Source: Paramecium tetraurelia
Lineage: Eukaryota
Reading direction: 5' to 3'
Length of the DNA: 64,000 nt
Assembly: GCA_000165425.1 (NCBI GenBank)
Contig: CT868666.1
Span: 124,001 to 188,000 of the forward strand
Positions 56,240 through 64,000 of the stretch are shown here, piece by piece. A program made the translations under genes and the position numbers. Each line of letters opens with the position of its first letter. The stretch's first letter is position 1. A model generated the notes under the pieces. The model was not told the origin of the DNA. It did no database searches and saw only the letters and a list, made by a program, of their open reading frames with translations.

Positions 56240-59200
56240 ATGATGAGAAGATTGTTTTTGTTCATAAATTTGTATATCACAGTGGAGTTATTGATTTGTA
56301 GGGATGAGTTGGGATTAACATTGCAAATTGACAAGTCTTTTCAGATACCTCAATACAATTGTACTCTAAATATTAGCAATGAGAATTTAATGAATATGAC
56401 ATCTTTGGGTGGCTAACTTAAAATAGTAGGAACTCAATTGCTATTGAATTAAACAGTAACGTTGATTGGATTTAAACTTGTTGAATTCCAGAACATCACA
56501 ATAGACACACTAACTGACTCAATACATATCCTGGGCTCAGTTCAGCTCCAGAATGTAATTCTCCTGAGAAATTGCCAAATAAACAGTACTTATATGCAGA
56601 TCCGTGGGTCTAAAATGATAGGGATGTCATTTTAAAATAAGGCAGCATTTTAAGCTCCAATTTATGTTGACGGACTTCTGATTTAAGATTGTACTTTTTT
56701 CAGAAGTTAACTAAGTTTGCAAATGACTTAATTAAGAAACGTCATCATTGATCAGGTTAGCTTTATTAATTCGACCATATCCCCTCTCACTTACGTAAAC
56801 ACGCTCACTCTCAATAACTCGTTTGTAGTTTAAAGCATTTTGATTGCGACAGATATCTCACAAGAAATCACTATCACAAATACCTACTTCACACTCTCAA
56901 CCGGAATTTTGGCCAAGGGAGTGCTCTACACTACAATTTTCAATGTGACACTATCTCAAAGTGTTTTGATACGTCTCCATAATCAGAACTAAATCAAGTT
57001 GTCTTGCTTGAATATTTAGAGAGTATTATCTGATTCAAAGTTGATTATAGCAGAAAGTCAATATGTCTCCATATATAATAGTACAATATCTGAATTAGAG
57101 AGTAAAGCGTTATTCGCTATGAATACTCAGAATTTGTTTATTTAGTAAGTAACTATATCGAGTTTGATTGGCCCATTATTGATTTCAGTTAGCAATCAAA
57201 CAAACGTTGTCCTAAATTACTTCAATATCTCTAATAGTCCTGCAAGAAGCTTATTTTAAATGAATGGATCCTTGTCACTTTCAAAAGGCAATTTCAATTA
57301 GTTATATGGGCTACTCATTTGCTCAAAAACAATTACAGAATTAAATATTGATTAGGTGGATTTCAAATAGCTTAATAAATCTCTATTTATCTATTTAAAA
57401 GAAACATCTGTTATTCAACTTACCAATATTTTGATTGAAGATTGTGCCTCAATTTAGATGGCTAAGCTCCATACCGTAATAAATTTAATCATAAGAAATC
57501 TGACAATTAAGAATTGTAACGAGTGCAATTTCTTGACATTGAATGAATCTTCTGCAAATCTTTCTCGCATCAACGTATTTGAAATGAACAACTTCGTTAG
57601 TCCATTAATCTAGGCGAGAGAATCCGATATAAACATCAAAGGAATGTATTTGAACTCAATCACTCATAACAATAAGGAAATAATAACGATCGAAAATTGC
57701 ACCAAACTGCTATTCAATGATCTACAATTTACAAATATGGATTGCCCATTTTGTAATGGTATTATAAGTATCAGTTAAAGTAACGAGATTGAAATATCAA
57801 AGTCTTTGTTCAAAAATACTCAAACCTTTTCTGCCTTTATCAATATCCAAGATTCCAACAATTTTATAGCTAACAACAACACTTTCACCAATATTTCAGC
57901 CAAGTAAGGATCTGCATACTTTTTGTCGAATGCTGCTATTCAAATATATGGGAACCAATTTATTGACCTTTTAGCTCCAGAAGGAGGAGTGATCTATCTG
58001 AATCAAACATCGGGATTATCTCATTATATCGACCAGAATCTTTTCAATAATTGTTCTATGAAGACAAACAAACATATCTATTTATTAACTAATCAAATAG
58101 TGGAGCCTGATATATTGACTTATATAACAGGGCCTGTGTATCTTGATGTTAATAATAAGACATTTCTATTTGATGACCTGATTAAAAAGAAGGAATTTAT
58201 ATACATAGATAACTATAAGAGTGGATAACAATTAGAACTGAAAATAGCCATCCAAGACAGTGGACAAAATAGAATATGTGAAATTACGAATTCCCTCGCT
58301 ATATCAGATAAGTTATTTCAATTTGATTAATTGGAATGCCATTATGAAGTGACATACATATACTACTAAATGTAACCAATCAATGAGACTGTCTAAGTAC
58401 TCCTTGAATTTCAATCGCTCAAGTTCTACAACGATACTTTTAAATTGGCAATATTTTTGAACCTCATTATTTGTGACATAGGAGAAGAGTGGGAAAATTA
58501 ATCATGTCTTAGATGTCCAACTGGATCTTATAGTTTTGACAATTTCACTCCTTGTAAATAATGTACTACCTCGATAGAGACATGTCCTGGAGGATCAGAA
58601 TTGATTTTGAAACAAGGATATTGGAGAGCCAATAAGACTACGGATAGTATTGAATATTGTCAATCATCAGAGGCCTAATGTTTAGGTGGATCTGATGAGT
58701 TCACTTGTAGTCAAGGTTATAGTGGAGCATTGTGTAATGATTGCGATTATTATGCAGAACATTCAAATAATTCATATACTCGTGGTTTTGGAGGCAGCTG
58801 TACAATTTGTGAGAATAATGTGTTCAACATTTTCAAGATAATTTTCTCTTTTTCTTGGATCCTCATTGCCTTGTTCATATCAATTAGAGGGAGTTTAAGA
58901 TTGGTAAGAGCATAACTATCAGTTCATTATCTCAGAATGATGGGGATATTCTTTGCCACTAGATCTACCATGGTGATTGATCAAACTGAAATCCTGATTA
59001 AGCTTTTTTCCAGTTACTTTCAGTTGGTATCCATAGTACAAGTCATTGATTTTGATTTCCCTACTCCAATAGAAATCGTTGCCCAAGCAATAGGCAATCC
59101 CTTATCGACTTTGGGTTACTCAATAGAGTGTTTCCTATTGAATTCTCAATTGGAAATCGAGATTGTGTATTTGAGACAACTCTGGAACTTATTTGTGTCC

Positions 59201-60457
59201 CTCCTGTTTGTGTTTGCATTTGTATTCATATATTTTCTCATTAAACTGTGCAGATAACGCCAAATGGAAAACTCCATCAAGACAATTTTCATTACAAGTC
59301 TAATTCAAGTACAATTTTATTTTCAAGGTGACATAATTGAAGGTCTCCTGCAATTAATGTTCTGCATAAAAGCCTCAGGACAATACTACATTCAGGCTGC
59401 AACATCCTACATGTGCTATACTGAGGAATACTACCTCTATCTAAGAACGCTGATCATACCCACATTGATTTTGGTTGGAATAGTGTCACCACTGTTCTAT
59501 ATAATAAAATTATTCAGAAACAAAAACAAGTTATGGACTTGTCATCTGCGTATTCCTTATGGATATTTATATGTGGAATACAAAGACAACTATTATTACT
59601 GGGAGTTTGTGTGTTTCTTTGTCAAATCATTGTTTTATCTATTGGAAACTCTTTTGATCCAAGACATAAAGCTGATGTTCTTATTTGCCATACTCATTCT
59701 GCTTGTGTATCTAGAATTACTCAATAAGCATCAACCTTACATTGAGAAATAGTACAATTTTATCGATAAGATCTCAACATAATTGGCAATGATAACTCTA
59801 ATCTTGTCATATAGTTAAGACCACAATCCATACATTTCATTAGTGTACATTTTGTCAATCCTGTGTTCAGTACTTAACCTATTGTTTTGTACTTATATAT
59901 TCTCCAAGATCACAAGAGAATATATTTCCAGTCTAAAGTAACAGCATATCGAGAAAATTGTGAATCTTATAATTCGTTACCCTTGCTTCAAATATTGTAT
60001 CAAAAAGCCCAAGAATTACCACAACAAAAGAAAGGCTTGTTTGCTTTGGAAGAAGGTCAGAGTGTATGTGATGGAATTCATAGAGAAACTGAAATTTCAG
60101 AAATCCAACAACAGTCTTAATTAAGATTTCTAATTGCAATCAAGCACACAGCGACCGAATACTTCATCAACCAATACTTCTATCAGTCTACTCAATTCAA
60201 TGGCACCCTAATTGTTAAAATACATGTAAGAATCGATTAATATCCTAAGCAAACACAATAAGAACAATTGCCGAGTGTCCCCAGAGATAGAAAGTCGGCT
60301 GTCTAAAAAGAACTTGGATTCGAATGACTTCAACAGTGTGGTTTCAGCATATATAAATCCCGATCACAGACTTGAGGTTGAAACCCCTGAACTTCCGAAA
60401 AAGAGTACTGTATCTACAATCTTCTCTTATGTAGTTAATGGGTAGAGCCAATTGTGA
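56240..60457 (+). CDS. Large surface membrane protein: beta-helix (pectin-lyase-like) ectodomain, Cys-rich stalk, multi-TM domain
   Basis: Intronless, 1406 codons. Signal peptide, N/I/S-rich beta-helix-like repeats (FxNI, GSAY, GGVIY), CPTGSYS, CPGG..LKQGYWR..IEYC..CLGG..C..GYSGALC..CD, IKLFSSYFQLV, YGYLYVEYKDNYYYWE. Confidence 0.88.
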
Positions 60458-60605
60458 ATATGAATTACACTACTTAATATTGTTATTTAAATTGGAGTTT
60501 CTTTAGTTCTGAACAGTGTTTTGGATGAAATAGAAATTCGAATTGACTTGAAGAAGAAATATTTAAAATTGTAAATATTAAATCAGATTAATTTTATTAA
60601 TTTAT

Positions 60606-61762
60606 ATGAGCTTTTCTACAACCTGTGAGATTGATCATCCTAACAAAACTTTGCATCGCAAATTCAAGAGTTTGCATTTAAAAAAACAACAAGACCCCCT
60701 CTTAACAGATAAGCCCTTTGAAACTAGAACTCATGGCCAATTATTTGAACAAAACTTCTCTCATTATCTCAAAGGAGATCTAAATGTCTCCAGACTCATA
60801 TAAGCATTGAATTGTCCCAGGTTAACTGCAGAGAATTAATTCACTCAGAAAGAAGGAATATCAATCAAGATACGTCAGTAAACAGAATAGCGAAAGAACT
60901 TCTTAAAGAGTAAAATTCAAAAGGTGCGGAATCTAATCAAAGAGAAAGTGGCAATCAAGAAACCTCATAACGAGGAGATGCGCTAAGGCAATGCACAGAC
61001 TTTGACCATAGTGCAGACTATTCTAGACATTGCAAATCAAAAGGAAAATGCAATCAGTTACCAAGAGAAGTTGATACCCAAATCAAAGAGTCTAAAAAAT
61101 TATAGACTTAATTATGACAACGTAGAACCAATCACTAAAATGCAAAGAGATTTCATAGACACCATCCCTCCCAGACAATATTTAAAGTCTGTGTTGGAGA
61201 ACAACGCTTAATTGTATTTGCAAGAATTGCAACTAAGAGCAGAACATAGAGAAAACAATATCAACAAGCTAGTGCGTTTGAATATCCAAAATAAGAGGAA
61301 AGATTTTACTTTGTTTCATAAGGCAGCAAAAACAGACAGGAGAAATCAAGATGGCATTCTTACTATTGGAGATGTGCAACTATACGATTATCTATATAAC
61401 AATCCCAAAGGTGTTATGATTGAAAAACATCCTAAGTATATTCAAAATGTAATTGACTCGGGAGTTGATTTTCGTAAGAATTTGACACGACGACTACTCG
61501 CAGCTCGAAAACAAAAAACTCATTACAATCGAGATCCTCCTCAGAACTCTGATGACTCATGTGCTTCTTCCTTATAATCAGCCTGTGAGATTAAGTTAGA
61601 TAATTATTATGGGGAAACCAGAGAGTGGAAACGCAAACAATACTTACAATTACCCAGACGCATTAAACAATTAATTGCATTGGAAGAATTAAATTAGTAA
61701 TTACTGTTTTATCATTTAGGAAAGCCATCCACACAACAGTTAATAAGTTATAATCTTAATGA
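60606..61762 (+). CDS. Hypothetical protein
   Basis: Three supplied ORFs (60606, 61002, 61212) join into one frame when TAA/TAG = Gln. One 3' intron; TGA at 61760-61762. Confidence 0.8.
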
Positions 61763-61975
61763 CCATATTCATGATAATATTCATTTCATTCCTTTACGAT
61801 TAAATTATCATTTCTATTATCACTTTCTCTTTGATGTTATTGTAAATCTTTTGCATCAATATGTATAAACTAAATCTTCATTGACTTCTAATTTTATCAG
61901 TGATAATAGGTATACCCATAACAAAATCAATTGTTATTGATTTGATATTCAATAATTTTTTATTATAGTTTTGTA

Positions 61976-62846
61976 ATGAATCGACTCTTGATTACATAAA
62001 CTGGAGAATAACTAAGAAATGAAATGAAATAAACAGCCTACCAAGAAAGGGATGGAAAACAAGTTAAAAAGAAGGAATAGAGATTCCCTCAACTTGTTCG
62101 TTAACCTACCAATCTATTGATCGATACTGAGAGGGATAATATTTTGTATCAAAAGACTCTGTCGGAAGTTGCCCTTTCCAATCTCAATAGAGTAGCTAGT
62201 CTTAGTTTATTGGGCCAAAGAAGCAAAAATAAATTAGAAACTCACATCAGAGAAGAGTTGAATCTGCCCAATAACTTTTCTTATTTAAATTAGAGTCTTG
62301 ACAAGCAATTAAATAAAATTCTTTCAGATAAGGGTATGTGATAGCTTATGTTAAGATTTGAAAACCAAGAGAAAAAGACATCTTTTGACAGAATTGAAAC
62401 GAATTGATTAAAAAAGAACAACTTCCAATAATGATGATATCTCCCACTTCTCTTCATGCATCGAAGATTATGATAAAAATCAAAAGATGACTGCCATTAT
62501 CAATGCAGAAGGCAAATTGGCTTAGTTGACCAGGAGATACAAGTAAAAGGAATTAAATGATTAAAAATTAAAGTTGAACCTAAATATAAGTTTAGAGAAA
62601 ATGTAAGAACGTAAAAACATGCGAATTGATGCTATTAATCCTCTGAGTCCTGTTTAGATGAAAATAAATTCTTAAAGATAATTCGATGAAATGTTTTATG
62701 ATAATTCAGATGAAAGATTCCAGAATAGATTACAAGAGAAACATGTAAAATAAGTATGTTAGGTATGGAATCAGCATCAATTTCCAAAGTAAACAAAGCG
62801 CTGGATGTAATTCATATAAAATGCACAATAAAAGAAAAAATAATGA
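61976..62846 (+). CDS. Hypothetical protein
   Basis: MNRLLITQTGEQLRNEMKQ..., a 22-nt intron, ...RLQEKHVKQVCQVWNQHQFP...QQKKKQ*. Confidence 0.75.
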
Positions 62847-63606
62847 ATTATTATAATTTCACAAAATACTAACTTATGAAAAACTTTGGTTAATCTTTAT
62901 AAATATTGGAACCATAATTTGAAAATTCCCTTTATTAAACATTTTTAAAACTAATTCAATAATTTTTCTTCTGAAATTGCCTTTTCAATACCTATTTCTT
63001 CTTCCCCAACGATTATTCTGATAATCATTAAATAAAGGAATATTTTGAATGAGCTAACTTTTAATTTAAGGATTATAAAGAAGTTGATGGATAACAGTAG
63101 CCAAAATAATCATAAGATTGCAATATGATTATTTAAAATACTTAATTCACACAGTAATTCTATTAACAATAAGTATGATATAAATTTGTTTACGAGTCAA
63201 TAAATCTTTAAATATTGTATAGTAATATAAAATATTAAAGTAAAGATACAGATTAGTGAAGGATTGATAGATTGATTGGTTAATAAGTGCATGTATCCAG
63301 AGGAGAACGCATTTTTAATGGTTCATCTATTTAATTTTGTATGAGAGTCTTGTCAAAGAGAATAATTCTTCAGATTTTGAATAATTGATTTTAAACTCAG
63401 TCTTTTTATTTAGGCAGGAATAACAATTGCCAATCTTGCTGTTTATTTCAACTGTAAATGTATTTGTACAAAGCAAAGTAGATAAAGTAATAATATAAGT
63501 TATACTTAATACACCTACCTAAGGCTTTAACAATCATGCAGATGAGAGAGTATTCAAGTTCTTAAATCAAGATAAGGATTAAACATTTTTTTTAAAGGTT
63601 TTGGCA

Positions 63607-64000
63607 ATGATGTCATTATATAAGAATCGAAAATATCAATCTATTGATGAATAGTTAATCTCTTCTAAAGCCTCTATATTATTTCGATTTTGGATAGGAC
63701 TCATAGATTCAGCATTAAATTTGGGTAGATAATTGAATCAGAGAGCAAAGCCTAGATATTTAATCATTATATTTAATATTAGTATGGATTCTTTGGAATG
63801 GTTTAAGAAAACAAGAATTATTGTAGGTGAGGATCTGTATTAAGTTATCAAAAGCAAAATGTAAATAGAGTAGTATTCTGTTAATGATGTACTTACAAAG
63901 ATTGGAGACAAAGGGAATAAATTCTATGTAATTCTCTAAGGATTGGTTGGAGTTTTTGTACGAAATGAAGATCAATTAACAATGATAAATGTTTGCAGGG
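63607..64000 (+). CDS. Cyclic-nucleotide-binding domain protein (5' part, truncated by the window edge)
   Basis: MQIEQYSVNDVLTKIGDKGNKFYVILQGLVGVFV matches the CNB beta-strand pattern (GD.G..FY.IL.G.V.V). Start position uncertain. Confidence 0.7.

Noticed and set aside
63670..63782. Two GC..AG intron-like segments at the start of the cNMP-binding gene
   Set aside because: The frame is open without splicing, and removing the first segment introduces a stop. Unsupported without RNA data.

Overview
This is eukaryotic, very AT-rich, gene-dense DNA with the hallmarks of a Paramecium (ciliate) macronuclear chromosome. TAA and TAG read as Gln, TGA is the only stop, GT..AG introns are about 21-29 nt, and intergenic gaps are often under 60 nt. 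The supplied ORF track (standard code, no splicing) therefore fragments real genes and reports many shadow ORFs. Translating by hand with the ciliate code gives about 33 genes. Recognisable products include an AGC kinase, an EEF1AKMT4-like methyltransferase, a GH37 trehalase, an RCC1-repeat protein, a Cbp3/UQCC1-like protein, a hybrid histidine kinase, a trichocyst matrix protein, an IQCE-like coiled coil, INO1, a small HTH protein, AP-4 mu, a PTB-like RRM protein, two large Cys-rich multi-TM surface proteins, a B-box protein and a cNMP-binding protein. Several decayed pseudogenes are also present (PI4K-alpha, an ankyrin protein, others). The most interesting items are: (1) an Unkempt-type CCCH zinc-finger module fused to a Schlafen/AlbA_2 domain that keeps its acidic catalytic motif (42366-43319); (2) five T(A/G)CGCA(T/C)T motifs, including a perfect 18-bp palindrome, in the INO1 promoter; (3) a sharp C-rich to G-rich strand-skew switch inside one ORF at about 22-24 kb; (4) single-base frameshifts in otherwise intact genes (INO1, TMP) and an indel cluster in the PTB-like gene. 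No rRNA, tRNA, CRISPR array or clear transposon was seen. All family calls come from recognising motifs by eye, not from database searches.
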